Part shown: positions 20,623 to 29,322 of the stretch, one piece after another | Layout: every line of letters starts with the position of its first letter | Position numbering within the stretch: position 1 is the stretch's first letter | NCBI GenBank assembly: GCA_963666565.1 | Contig: OY762911.1 | Span: 1,152,001 to 1,216,000, forward strand | Source: Thermoanaerobaculia bacterium | GTDB taxonomy: Bacteria > Acidobacteriota > Thermoanaerobaculia > Multivoradales > Multivoraceae | Length of the DNA: 64,000 nt | Reading direction: 5' to 3' | Notes under the pieces: generated by a model | What the model saw: only the letters and a program-made list of their open reading frames with translations | What the model was told of the DNA's origin: nothing | Database searches by the model: none | Translations under genes and position numbers: made by a program

Positions 20623-21423
20623 ATGAGCAGCTTCCAGCAGATCGCCGACTTCCGGGCCGAGTGCGACTGCCTCGCCGAGGTCCTGGACCCCCTCGCGGAC
20701 GCCGATTTCGAGCGGGCCACTCTGTTCAAGGGATGGACGCTCCACGACGTCGTCGCCCACCTCCACATCTTCAACTACGCCGCCGACGCCTCGTACCACG
20801 ACCTGGCCGCGTTCGACGGCTTCAGGCAGTTCATGGCCGAACGCCGCGGCCGGCTCAACCTCCGCGAGCTGACCGACGAGTGGTTCGAGGGCAAGCGCAA
20901 CCGCGCCGTCTACGACGTGTGGCGCGCGTACTACCCGCGGATGTGCGACCGGCTGGACGGCGTCGATCCCAGGAAGCGGGTGGAGTGGTTCGGCCCGCCG
21001 ATGAGCGTTCGCAGCTCGGTCACCGCGCGGCAGATGGAGACCTGGGCGCACGGCCAGGAGGTCTTCGACGTGCTCGGCCTCGACCGCGACGAGACGGACC
21101 GGATCAGGAACATCGTCTTCCTCGGGCTGAACACCTTCGGCTGGACTTACGCGGTGCGTGGCCTCGAAGTCCCGGGCGTCGTTCCGGCGCTCGAGCTGAC
21201 GGCGCCGTCCGGCGAGGTCTGGACCTGGAACGAGGACGAGACGGCCAACCGTATCACCGGCGCCGCGGTCGAGTTCGCCCAGGTGGTCACCCAGGTCCGC
21301 AACGTCGCCGACACGTCGCTGGAGATCGTGGGGCCGGTCGCCACCGAGTGGATGAGCATCGCGCAGTGCTTCGCCGGCGGGCCCGAGACGCCGCCGGCGC
21401 CGGGGACGCGACACAAGGCGTAG
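20623..21423 (+). CDS. TIGR03084-type / MDMPI-family (DinB superfamily) metal-binding protein
   Basis: GWTLHDVVAHL, WFGPPMSVRSSVTARQMETWAHGQE, AQCFAGGP. Confidence 0.82.
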   Translation: MSSFQQIADFRAECDCLAEVLDPLADADFERATLFKGWTLHDVVAHLHIFNYAADASYHDLAAFDGFRQFMAERRGRLNLRELTDEWFEGKRNRAVYDVWRAYYPRMCDRLDGVDPRKRVEWFGPPMSVRSSVTARQMETWAHGQEVFDVLGLDRDETDRIRNIVFLGLNTFGWTYAVRGLEVPGVVPALELTAPSGEVWTWNEDETANRITGAAVEFAQVVTQVRNVADTSLEIVGPVATEWMSIAQCFAGGPETPPAPGTRHKA

Positions 21424-21441
21424 CCAGCGGAGGCCGTCGGT

Positions 21442-21459
21442 CGCTGCTAGACTCCCGCG
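21442..21459 (+). promoter_or_regulatory. Extended -10 (TGCTAGACT) plus discriminator of the tRNA-Gln promoter
   Basis: cgctgctagactcccgcg, matches the tRNA-Ser upstream element. Confidence 0.6.
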
Positions 21460-21473
21460 CTTGCCGCTACCGC

Positions 21474-21547
21474 TGGGAGGTCGTCTAACGGTAGGACATG
21501 CGGCTCTGGACCGTAGAATCGGGGTTCGAATCCCTGCCTCCCAGCCA
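21474..21547 (+). tRNA. tRNA-Gln (CTG)
   Basis: TGGGAGG/CCTCCCA acceptor, anticodon loop CT-CTG-GA, GGTTCGAATCC, CCA end; 74 nt. Confidence 0.97.
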
Positions 21548-21609
21548 CTTCGTCCCGCGGGTGCCGGACGCGCGTCCCCCCGTCGATTCAGACCCCGGAG
21601 CGTCGGCGT

Positions 21610-23388
21610 TCAGGGCAGCGCGAAGACGAACAGGTTGTTGCCCGAACTGGGCCGCAGCTCCGGCGTGAGGCCGGAGAGGAGCGCCGCCGACCGGCTGCCG
21701 GTGCTGGCGGCGACGTACTGCCGTCCGTCCACCGCGTAGGTGATCGGGAAGCCGGTCACCGGCGAGCCGAGGTTGATCTCCCAGAGGCCCTCGCCGGTCT
21801 CGTCGTCGAGTGCGCGGAACCGGCCGTTGCCGTCGCCGACGAAGACCAGGCCGCCGCCGGTGACGAACAGCGACATGAGGCCGGCCCGCTGCTCGTAGGT
21901 CCAGAGCGACTTGCCCGTTTCGGCGGACACGGCGTGGATGGATCCGCTCAGGTCGGTGCCGGGCGCGATCTGGTGCTCGGCGTCCAGGGCGTAGATCGGG
22001 AGCCGGCCGGCGCGGGTCGCCGTCATCAGGGCGCAGGAGTTGCGCATCGGCACGTACATCGCGTTCGTCAGCGGGCTGTAGGCGCCCGCCTGCCAGTCCT
22101 TGCCGCCGATGTAGGTGGGGCAGACGTAAGCCTCCTGGCCGAGTTCCCGGAACACCACTTCCGAGTTCTCGGTGACCGCGCCGGTGGCGCCGTCGATCGT
22201 GCTGATCACGTTCTGCCGGATCGTGGGCCGTGCCCAGAGGAACTCGCCGGTCTCGCGGTCCAGCGTGTAGACGACGCCCGTCTTGCCGGGAACGCCGGTC
22301 ACCACCTTGCGCGTCTCGCCCGGTTCGAGGCGCGGATTGATCCAGGCGACTTCGCCGGCGTCGGGGGCCACCGCGGTATCGACCAGGAGCCGCTCGAAGG
22401 GGTGGTCGAGGTCCCAGTGGTCGTTCAGATGCTGGTAGTGCCAGGCGATCTCGCCGCTGTTCGCGTCCAGCGCGAGCGTGGAGTTGTGGTAGAGGTGCCG
22501 CAGTTCCCTGCCGCCGAGCAGGAACTTCGGCGCAGGCGAGGTCACCGAAGTGCCGATGTAGATGAGTTCCAACGCCGGGTCGTAGCTCGGCACCATCCAG
22601 GTGCCGACGTGGGTCCGGTCCTCGAACGGCGTGTCGCCCCAGGTTTCGTCGCCGGGCTCGCCGGGCGCCGGAATCGTGCGGGTTCGCCAGAGCTCGGCGC
22701 CGGTCTCCGCGTCGTGGGCGACGATGACGCAGGCGTCCGGGCCGCCGCGCGGCAGGCAGCTTCGGCCCGAGATCACCTTGCCGTCGGCGACGATGGGGCC
22801 GGAGCTCTGCATCGCCGGGTGGGTCTTGTAGTCGAGGATCATCGTCTCCCAGACCAGCTCGCCGGTCGCGGCGTCCAGGGCGAAGACGAACTCGTCGACG
22901 CTGGTGTCGATGATCAGGCCGCCGTGGATGGCGATGTTCCGGTTGTTGGCGGCGAGCCCGCCGACCTGCTGGAGGATGTTCTCCGGGTGCTCGCGCCGGT
23001 ATTCCCAGATGAGGTCTCCGGTCACGGCGTCGATGGCCTGGATGACGTCGATGGGGTTCGGCATGTACAACACGCCGTCGTAGGCGAGCGGAGTGCCCTG
23101 CTGGCGGCCCTCGCTCAGGCCGCGGGACCAGACCAGCCGCAGATTGCCGACGTTCTCGGCCGTGACCTGGTCGAGCGGGCTGTAGCCCCAGCCGTCGAGC
23201 GTGCGGCGCCACATCAGCCAGTCGCCGTCGCTCGGATCCTGGAGCATGGCGTCCGTGACGGGGACGATGTCGCGGCGGTCCGGCGTGGGCGCCTGCGTCG
23301 GCTGGGCTTCGGCGACCCGAGCGTTCGGGGCCGCGATGAGAATGGTGGCGAGTAATGCCGCCCGCCGGAAGAGATCGCGTTGAGTCAC
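21610..23388 (-). CDS. PQQ-binding beta-propeller dehydrogenase (divergent alcohol dehydrogenase type)
   Basis: Signal peptide; YSPLDQVT, repeated ALDA.TGE..W docking motifs, ITYAVDGRQYVA. Confidence 0.88.
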   Translation of the reverse strand: MTQRDLFRRAALLATILIAAPNARVAEAQPTQAPTPDRRDIVPVTDAMLQDPSDGDWLMWRRTLDGWGYSPLDQVTAENVGNLRLVWSRGLSEGRQQGTPLAYDGVLYMPNPIDVIQAIDAVTGDLIWEYRREHPENILQQVGGLAANNRNIAIHGGLIIDTSVDEFVFALDAATGELVWETMILDYKTHPAMQSSGPIVADGKVISGRSCLPRGGPDACVIVAHDAETGAELWRTRTIPAPGEPGDETWGDTPFEDRTHVGTWMVPSYDPALELIYIGTSVTSPAPKFLLGGRELRHLYHNSTLALDANSGEIAWHYQHLNDHWDLDHPFERLLVDTAVAPDAGEVAWINPRLEPGETRKVVTGVPGKTGVVYTLDRETGEFLWARPTIRQNVISTIDGATGAVTENSEVVFRELGQEAYVCPTYIGGKDWQAGAYSPLTNAMYVPMRNSCALMTATRAGRLPIYALDAEHQIAPGTDLSGSIHAVSAETGKSLWTYEQRAGLMSLFVTGGGLVFVGDGNGRFRALDDETGEGLWEINLGSPVTGFPITYAVDGRQYVAASTGSRSAALLSGLTPELRPSSGNNLFVFALP

Positions 23389-23420
23389 GGAAGGCGCGAC
23401 TCTAGCGCGACGGTGCCGGA

Positions 23421-23565
23421 CTGGGTGCGCGGGTCTTCCGACCCGCCTTCGGGCGAAGCCGCGGAGCGGCGCAGCCCGAGAACCGAATCAGCCGCCGGCC
23501 CGAGGCCGGCGACGTTCTGTTTGGCCGCCTGCGGCGGCAGCGGCTCAGAAGACCCGCGCACCCAG
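23421..23565. repeat. REPIN-like inverted REP doublet
   Basis: Same architecture as 20448-20590. Confidence 0.85.
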
Positions 23566-23587
23566 CGGAAGGGCCGCCTTCGCCGCG

Positions 23588-24724
23588 CTAGGGAGGCGCC
23601 GAGAGCCGCACCTCCGCCTCGGTCTCCTCTTCGCCGCGCAGCAGGGTGACGGTCACGGTGTCCCCCGGCTGCTGCCGCTCGAGCACCGCGCGGATGTCGG
23701 GCACCGACCGGACCGGCTGACCCTCGATCGCGACGATCACGTCGCCGAGGACGAAGTTGCCGCGCCGCGCTTCGCGAATGCCCCGGAGCCCGGCGCGGTC
23801 CGCGCCCGAGTTCCGAACGACGTCCCAGACGACCACGCCGTCGACCGGCGGCCGTACCCGCGTGCCTTCGACGAGGCTGACCCCGAGTTGCGGGCGGTTC
23901 ACCTGCCCGTGGGCGATCAGCTCCGGAACGACCCAGTTCACGGTGTCCACCGGGATGGCGAAGCCGATGCCGGCCCAGGCGCCGCCGGACGCGACGATCT
24001 GCGTGTTGACGCCGATCAACCGGCCGCTCGAGTCGAGGAGCGGCCCCCCGGAGTTGCCGGGGTTGATCGCGGCGTCCGTCTGAATGACGCCCTCCAGTTC
24101 CCGGCCCGTGATCGACTGCACTTCCCGGTCGAGGGCGCTGATCACGCCGGTCGTCAGGGTGTAGTCGAGGCCGAAGGGGTTGCCGATCGCCAGCACCGAC
24201 TGGCCGACCTGCAGGTCGTTCGACGACCCGACGGGGATCGGCCGCAACTTCTCCGGAGGCGCTTCGATCCGGAGAACGGCGAGGTCCATGTCCGGGTCGG
24301 TGCCCACCAGGGAAGCCGGCCAGGTCGTCTGGTCGTGGAGGGTGACCTCGGCGGCCTGGGCGTTCTGGATGACGTGGAAGTTCGTGACGATGTGGCCCCT
24401 GTCGTCCCACAGGAAGCCGCTGCCGGTGCCGTCCTGAACGCGGTCGATGCGCCGTCCCAGGAAGCTGACGCGCCGTTCGCGCAGGGTCGTGATGTAGACG
24501 ACCGACGGCTGGGTCTCGCGGAAGAGATTGACCGTGGCGCGCTCCTCGGGGAGGAGCCCCGAACTCGGGGTAACCGGCCGCGGCTCGCCCTGACTCTCCG
24601 CCTGGAGCACGTTGCCCTGCCAGCGCGAGCCCACCAGGAAGGCGAGCCCGGCGAGCACGAGGAGGCCCGCCGCCGTGGCGATCCGCGGCCGTTCGGTGGG
24701 GCCGCGTTGGACTCCGTCGGGCAT
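23588..24724 (-). CDS. HtrA/DegP-family serine protease with one PDZ domain
   Basis: TNFHVI, DLAVL, IGNPFG, TDAAINPGNSGGPL, C-terminal PDZ; N-terminal TM. Confidence 0.93.
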   Translation of the reverse strand: MPDGVQRGPTERPRIATAAGLLVLAGLAFLVGSRWQGNVLQAESQGEPRPVTPSSGLLPEERATVNLFRETQPSVVYITTLRERRVSFLGRRIDRVQDGTGSGFLWDDRGHIVTNFHVIQNAQAAEVTLHDQTTWPASLVGTDPDMDLAVLRIEAPPEKLRPIPVGSSNDLQVGQSVLAIGNPFGLDYTLTTGVISALDREVQSITGRELEGVIQTDAAINPGNSGGPLLDSSGRLIGVNTQIVASGGAWAGIGFAIPVDTVNWVVPELIAHGQVNRPQLGVSLVEGTRVRPPVDGVVVWDVVRNSGADRAGLRGIREARRGNFVLGDVIVAIEGQPVRSVPDIRAVLERQQPGDTVTVTLLRGEEETEAEVRLSAPP

Positions 24725-24773
24725 CGGCCAAAACTAACAGGCGGTTGAGCGGGTTTGTTCCAGCGTGGGTCGG

Positions 24774-24914
24774 CTGGGTGCGCGGGTCTTCCGACCCGCC
24801 CAGGCCAGCGCCGCGGAGCGGCGGAGGCCGCAGAACAAGGCCGCCGGCCAAAGGCCGGCGACGATGCTGGACGCCGCCTGCGGCGGCAGCGGGTCGGAAG
24901 ACCCGCGCACCCAG
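24774..24914. repeat. REPIN-like inverted REP doublet
   Basis: ctgggtgcgcgggtcttccgacccgc ... gcgggtcggaagacccgcgcacccag. Confidence 0.85.
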
Positions 24915-24968
24915 TCTGGAACGCCGACCGTGGAGCGCTGGCGCCCAGCAAGTCACCGACGGTACACA

Positions 24969-25023
24969 CCGGGTGTGCCGGCGTCCCCGCCGGCTTCCGA
25001 AGAGAACGCGCCGCGAAGCGGCG
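24969..25023 (+). repeat. Variant REP (GGGTGYGCCGGCGTCCCCGCCGGC type)
   Basis: Same 5' GGGTG foot, different palindrome; second copy at 48532. Confidence 0.7.
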
Positions 25024-25050
25024 ACCATCCCGGCGGCGTAGACTCCGCGC

Positions 25051-26154
25051 ATGATCCTCACAGGCAAGACAGTCTCCAGGACCGACTTCGAGGCCGGCAC
25101 CGGCTGGCAACTCAAACCGGAGGGCGCCTGCAAGGGCACGGCGTGCATCCCGCTGTTCGGCCGCGCGCCGGCGTCGTCGGGCGAGGTCGACGCGCTGTCC
25201 CTCGCCGAGGCAATCGGCCTGCCGGTCGCGCACGACCCTAAGCACGGCGTCTGGGCCTTGGGCCCGGAGTCGATCGGTTCGCGGGCGCTCGTGTCCGCCG
25301 AGGACGCCGACTTCGAACTGCCGGATCTGGACGGAAAGCCGTTTCGACTGTCCAGTCTGCGCGGGCGGAAGGTCGTCGTCTACGCCTGGGCGCCCTACTG
25401 AGGCTGCTCGGCCCACCTGCCCGGGTGGCAGGCGTTGCGCGACGAGCTTCATCCGCGGGGGTTCGAACTGGTCACGGTCGGTCTCGACACGCTGGGGGCC
25501 GAAGGCTGCCGCCGCTTCATCGAGGCCGCGAAGCCGAAGCACCCTTCGCTGGTCGACGAGCGCCACCTGCTGGCGCGGCTCTTCGGCGTCGTCAACATCC
25601 CCAGTTCGGTGTGGATCGACGAAGCGGGCACGATCGTCCGGCCCGCCGAGGCCGCGCCGGCGCCGCCCGCCGGCGGCGGTCCGAGCTTGAGAACCGGTTC
25701 GGGGATTCCGGGCCGTTTCGGAGAGATGCTGGAGGAGGCGGCGAAGATCCCGGCCGACACGGACGACTACCACCGGGCGCTGCGCAACTGGGTCCAGAAG
25801 GGTGCCGCGAGCCGGTTCGCGCTCTCGCCGGAGGAAGTCGTCGAGCGGTCGCGCCCGCGCAACGCCGACGTGTCGCTCGGCCACGCCCACTTCGAGCTCG
25901 CCTCGCACCTGGAGAGGGAAGGCCATCACGAAGCCGCGGTCCGCCATTTCCGCGAGGCGCACCGGCTGGTGCCCGAGAGCTGGAGCTTCCGCCGCCAAGC
26001 CTGGTCGCTCGAAGGCGGCGCCGAGGGACCGCTCGCACGCTTCTGGCAGGGGCCGAGCGAGGACGATCCCGAGGCGTGGCCCTACGAAGGCGACTGGCTG
26101 AGCGACATCCGCGCCGAGGGCCCGGAGAACTACGCGGAGCGCTTCGAACCGTAG
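25051..26154 (+). CDS. Redoxin/ResA-like selenoprotein (WAPY-U-GC), in-frame UGA at 25399-25401
   Basis: ORFs 25051-25401 and 25435-26154 are in the same frame; readthrough gives FELPDLDGKPFRLSSLRGRKVVVYAWAPY-U-GCSAHLPGWQALRDEL, a thioredoxin-fold active site; hairpin follows the UGA. Confidence 0.8.
25416..25432 (+). promoter_or_regulatory. Candidate bacterial SECIS apical hairpin
   Basis: CCTGCC-cgggt-GGCAGG, G-containing loop about 21 nt after the UGA. Confidence 0.6.
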
Positions 26155-26160
26155 TTTCTG

Positions 26161-26229
26161 CTGGATGCGCGGGTCCTCTGACCCGCTGCCGCCGCAGGCG
26201 GCCAGGAACGCCGCCGGCCGAAGGCCGGC
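26161..26229 (+). repeat. REP-like repeat with extra hairpins
   Basis: ctggatgcgcgggtcctctgacccgc-gccgccgcaggcggc-gccggccgaaggccggc. Confidence 0.8.
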
Positions 26230-26243
26230 TCCGGTCTCTGGCA

Positions 26244-26873
26244 CTACCAGAAAGCTGGACGATAGTCCCGCGGATCGAGGCAGTTATCGTAGAGGTCGCG
26301 GTCCAGAACGATCCAGTCCGTCCGGTCGATGCTCTTGCGCGATGTGGCTGTTGAACTGACCGGGTAAGCGCAGGCGATCTTCAGCCAGCGGCCAGCGGTG
26401 CGCGCAATGTCCCGAATCTCGGATGCCACCTCGGCGAGATCCTGGTCCTGGCTGAAGACGATGGCGACATCCAACTCGCCGTTCCGCGCCATTCGGACAA
26501 CGTCGAGTCCGAGGCGGAGGTCGATGCCTTTCTCTCGAGGAACAAGAACCTCCTTGGAGGAGCCGCCGGGCAGACGGATAGCCTCGCGACGGTAGCGCAG
26601 GGGCCGTGAGGTTACGTGGATGCCTGCACGCCTCATGGCCACTAGACGGCGGGACCAGTAGCCATGCCATCGCGGATCATGCCGGCGGCTGGGAACTCCC
26701 GTGTAGAAGCGGACCTGCTGGCTGAACCACCCCCGTCGCGCGGACACTGCCTCGGCAAGCAGCGACGGATCGTAGTTGGGGTGGTAGTGGCCGAACGCAT
26801 CCTTGGCATGGCGGAACAGGTTCTGGCCATCGACGAACGAGACGGCGCGCTTGGTCGGGGGTTCGGGCGGCAT
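26244..26873 (-). CDS. NYN-domain (LabA/DUF88, PIN-like) ribonuclease
   Basis: FVDGQN, VRFYTG, REKGIDLRLGLD, FSQDQDL acidic motifs intact. Confidence 0.88.
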   Translation of the reverse strand: MPPEPPTKRAVSFVDGQNLFRHAKDAFGHYHPNYDPSLLAEAVSARRGWFSQQVRFYTGVPSRRHDPRWHGYWSRRLVAMRRAGIHVTSRPLRYRREAIRLPGGSSKEVLVPREKGIDLRLGLDVVRMARNGELDVAIVFSQDQDLAEVASEIRDIARTAGRWLKIACAYPVSSTATSRKSIDRTDWIVLDRDLYDNCLDPRDYRPAFW

Positions 26874-26882
26874 TCGATTGTC

Positions 26883-26939
26883 AAAAAAATAACCCTACCG
26901 GGGCCTCGGAAATGAGGCTAGTCCGGTAGGGAGCAAGTG
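26883..26939 (-). ncRNA. Structured leader RNA / intrinsic terminator upstream of the NYN gene
   Basis: Minus strand CCCUACCGG-ACUA-GCCUC-AUUUCC-GAGGC-C-CCGGUAGGG followed by UUAUUUUUUU, between promoter and ATG; 5' end approximate. Confidence 0.65.
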
Positions 26940-26944
26940 ACGGA

Positions 26945-26973
26945 AGGCTAGAGGCCGGCTGGCTACATGTCAA
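26945..26973 (-). promoter_or_regulatory. sigma70-type promoter for the NYN locus
   Basis: TTGACA (26973-26968), 17-nt spacer, TAGCCT (26950-26945). Confidence 0.75.
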
Positions 26974-26979
26974 GGTGTC

Positions 26980-27058
26980 CCGGGTGCAGCGGGTCTTTGG
27001 GCGCTCGCCGCTGCCGCCTCGGGCGGCCAGGAACGCGCCGCTTGGCGAAGCCCGGCGT
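26980..27058 (+). repeat. Degenerate REP-like copy
   Basis: ccgggtgcagcgggtct...gccgcctcgggcggccaggaacgcgccg resembles 26161-26229. Confidence 0.55.
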
Positions 27059-27083
27059 CCTTCCCCGGCTACGATTCGCGCCG

Positions 27084-28745
27084 ATGCGCCTCAGCGACGC
27101 CGACGCTCGCCTCGCGGCAGCCCTGGAGGAACGCCGCCGGCAGTGGCGTGAAATCGACGGCACGGCTCGAGTCTGGTCCCGCGACGGCTCGCTCTGGACC
27201 GATTCCGGGGAGGAGGAGTGGCTCGGCTGGCTCGATGTCGAACGCCTGGGCTGGCTGACCCTCCTTGACGCCGACGGCAGGCGCGTCGATACGGAGGCCG
27301 CCAAGCTCGCCCGGCATCTCTCGGGTCCGCCGTTCGAGCGCTGCCTGCTGCTCGGCATGGGCGGTTCGGCCCTCGGCGCCGACCTCCTCTGGCGCTCGCT
27401 GCCGCGGCGGGCCAGCGCCGACTTCATCGTCCTCGACACGACGGACCCGCGCGAGATCGCCGCCGCGGTCGACGGAGTGGACCCGGCGGCGCTGCGGGTC
27501 GTCGCGGCGTCGAAGTCGGGCGGGACGCTGGAGACGCGGCTGGCGTTCGAGTTGCTGCTCGACCGGCTGGACGATGCGGCGCCCGCGGCCGCGCTGGCGA
27601 TCACCGACCCCGGGTCGGCCCTGGAGGCGCGAGCGAGGTCCGCCGGCGTGCCGGTCGCGTTCGGCCGTCCGGACATCGGCGGCCGGTTCTCCGTGCTCTC
27701 CGCCTTCGGCCTGGTGCCGGCGGCGGTCGCCGGAACAGATCCCGAACCCCTGCTGGCGAGCGCGGCGTCGATGGCCGCGGCGTGCCGCCTCGACGCCGGT
27801 GCAGGCGCTGATACCGACGTCGACGCCGGCGCCAGCGAGGCGCCCGCCAATCCCGGCGTCGAACTGGGCCTGCTGCTCGCCGCGGCGCACGACTGCGGCC
27901 GCGACAAGCTGTACCTCCACGCGCCGGACGGTTGCGCGACGATGGTCGCCTGGGTGGAGCAGCTACTCGCCGAGTCCCTTGGCAAGGGCGACGTGCTGCT
28001 GCTGCCGGTCGCGGCGGCCGGTTTGTCTGAGGCGCCGGGGCCCGATCGACTCGACATCGTGCTGGGAAGCGGCGCTAGTACCGGTGTGCCCGCGGGCGCG
28101 CCACTGGCGCACATCGAAGCAGACCTCCCGGCCGATCTCGGCGGCGAGTTCTTTCGCTGGCAGTTCGCCACGTCGGTGGCCGGCGCGTTGCTCGGTGTCA
28201 ACCCGTTCGACCAGCCGGACGTGGAGTCATCCAAGGTCGTCACGCGGCGGTACGTCGAGCGGATGAAGGCCGGCGATGCACCGCCGCCGGGCGGCGTGGT
28301 GCGGCTGAGCGAAGTCAGCGCGCTCGGCCTCGCCGAACTCCTGGGCACGCACCTGGCGACGCTCCCGGAGCGCGGCTACGCCGTCGTGTCGGCCTACCTG
28401 GACCGCAGCCGGCGCAACCGCGAGTTGCTGGAGACCCTGCGTCGGCGCATCGCCGGCGCGACGGGCGGCGCGTCCGTGCTCGGCTTCGGGCCCAGCTTCC
28501 TGCACTCGACCGGCCAAGCCCACAAGGGCGGACCGAACCGGGGGCTCTTCCTCCAGATCACGGCCGATCCGCCGGCCGCCGACGTCGCGGTTCCCGGCGA
28601 AGACCTGACTCTCGGAAAGGTCCAGCTCGCCCAGGCCTGGGGCGACTACGAGGTGCTGGCGGAACGTGGCCGGCGGATCCTCGCCATCCATATCGACGGC
28701 GACGTGGAGGCGGGGCTCCGGCGGTTGACCGAGGCCATCGCCTAG
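27084..28745 (+). CDS. pgi: Glucose-6-phosphate isomerase (resembles the PGI half of Tal-Pgi fusions)
   Basis: GMGGSALG, ASKSGGTLET, IGGRFSVLS, GVNPFDQPDVESSK, HSTGQAHKGGP. Confidence 0.82.
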   Translation: MRLSDADARLAAALEERRRQWREIDGTARVWSRDGSLWTDSGEEEWLGWLDVERLGWLTLLDADGRRVDTEAAKLARHLSGPPFERCLLLGMGGSALGADLLWRSLPRRASADFIVLDTTDPREIAAAVDGVDPAALRVVAASKSGGTLETRLAFELLLDRLDDAAPAAALAITDPGSALEARARSAGVPVAFGRPDIGGRFSVLSAFGLVPAAVAGTDPEPLLASAASMAAACRLDAGAGADTDVDAGASEAPANPGVELGLLLAAAHDCGRDKLYLHAPDGCATMVAWVEQLLAESLGKGDVLLLPVAAAGLSEAPGPDRLDIVLGSGASTGVPAGAPLAHIEADLPADLGGEFFRWQFATSVAGALLGVNPFDQPDVESSKVVTRRYVERMKAGDAPPPGGVVRLSEVSALGLAELLGTHLATLPERGYAVVSAYLDRSRRNRELLETLRRRIAGATGGASVLGFGPSFLHSTGQAHKGGPNRGLFLQITADPPAADVAVPGEDLTLGKVQLAQAWGDYEVLAERGRRILAIHIDGDVEAGLRRLTEAIA

Positions 28746-28756
28746 CGAGGCAGAAA

Positions 28757-28801
28757 CCGGGTGCGCGGGTCTTCCGACCCGCATCCGGCGCGAAGCGCCG
28801 G
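28757..28801 (+). repeat. REP-like repeat
   Basis: ccgggtgcgcgggtcttccgacccgc plus ccggcgcgaagcgccgg hairpin. Confidence 0.85.
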
Positions 28802-28863
28802 TTTCTGGACCTTCTGCCGCGCCGGGCCGAGGGGCGCTCTCCCGGCGCGAGTCGCCCCTGGCG

Positions 28864-29148
28864 CTACCGGCGGCCGCGCCGCCGGCCCCGCCCTCCAGCC
28901 GGCTTGCCCGTCAACTCGTCGAGGCCGACGTTGAACTCGGCCACGATGCGGATCAGCACGTCGAGGCTTACCCGCAGTTCGTCGCGCTCGATGCGCGAGA
29001 GATCCGACGCCGGGATGCCGACCCGCTCCGCCAGCGCCGGCTGCGTCAGCTTGTTCTTCCGTCGCAGGCGCCGGATCCGGTGGCCCATGAGCTGGACCTG
29101 CCGGACGGGGGCTTGCTGCGCTGGAGCTTCCTGGTTCATCGCCGTCAT
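28864..29148 (-). CDS. XRE-family helix-turn-helix regulator
   Basis: GHRIRRLRRKNKLTQPALAERVGIPASDLSRIER; start 29148 or 29139. Confidence 0.85.
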   Translation of the reverse strand: MTAMNQEAPAQQAPVRQVQLMGHRIRRLRRKNKLTQPALAERVGIPASDLSRIERDELRVSLDVLIRIVAEFNVGLDELTGKPAGGRGRRRGRR

Positions 29149-29191
29149 CGCCCGAGAGACGGGCAATCCTAGCGGCGCAGGCCACATCGGT

Positions 29192-29315
29192 GCCGGCCTT
29201 CGGCCGGCGCGTCCTTTCGGCCGCCTTCGGCGGTAGCGGATCAGAGGACCCGCGCACCCGGCGCGTCCTTTCGGCCGGCTTCGGCGGCAGCGGGTCGGAG
29301 GACCCGCGCACCCAG
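29192..29315 (-). repeat. Tandem pair of reverse REP copies
   Basis: Two ~54-bp direct units ending gacccgcgcaccc. Confidence 0.85.
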
Positions 29316-29322
29316 CGGCCGA

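Noticed and set aside
25051-26154. Nonsense pseudogene or two separate genes
   Set aside because: Stop is TGA exactly at the redox site with a downstream hairpin; Sec readthrough is the better explanation, though unproven
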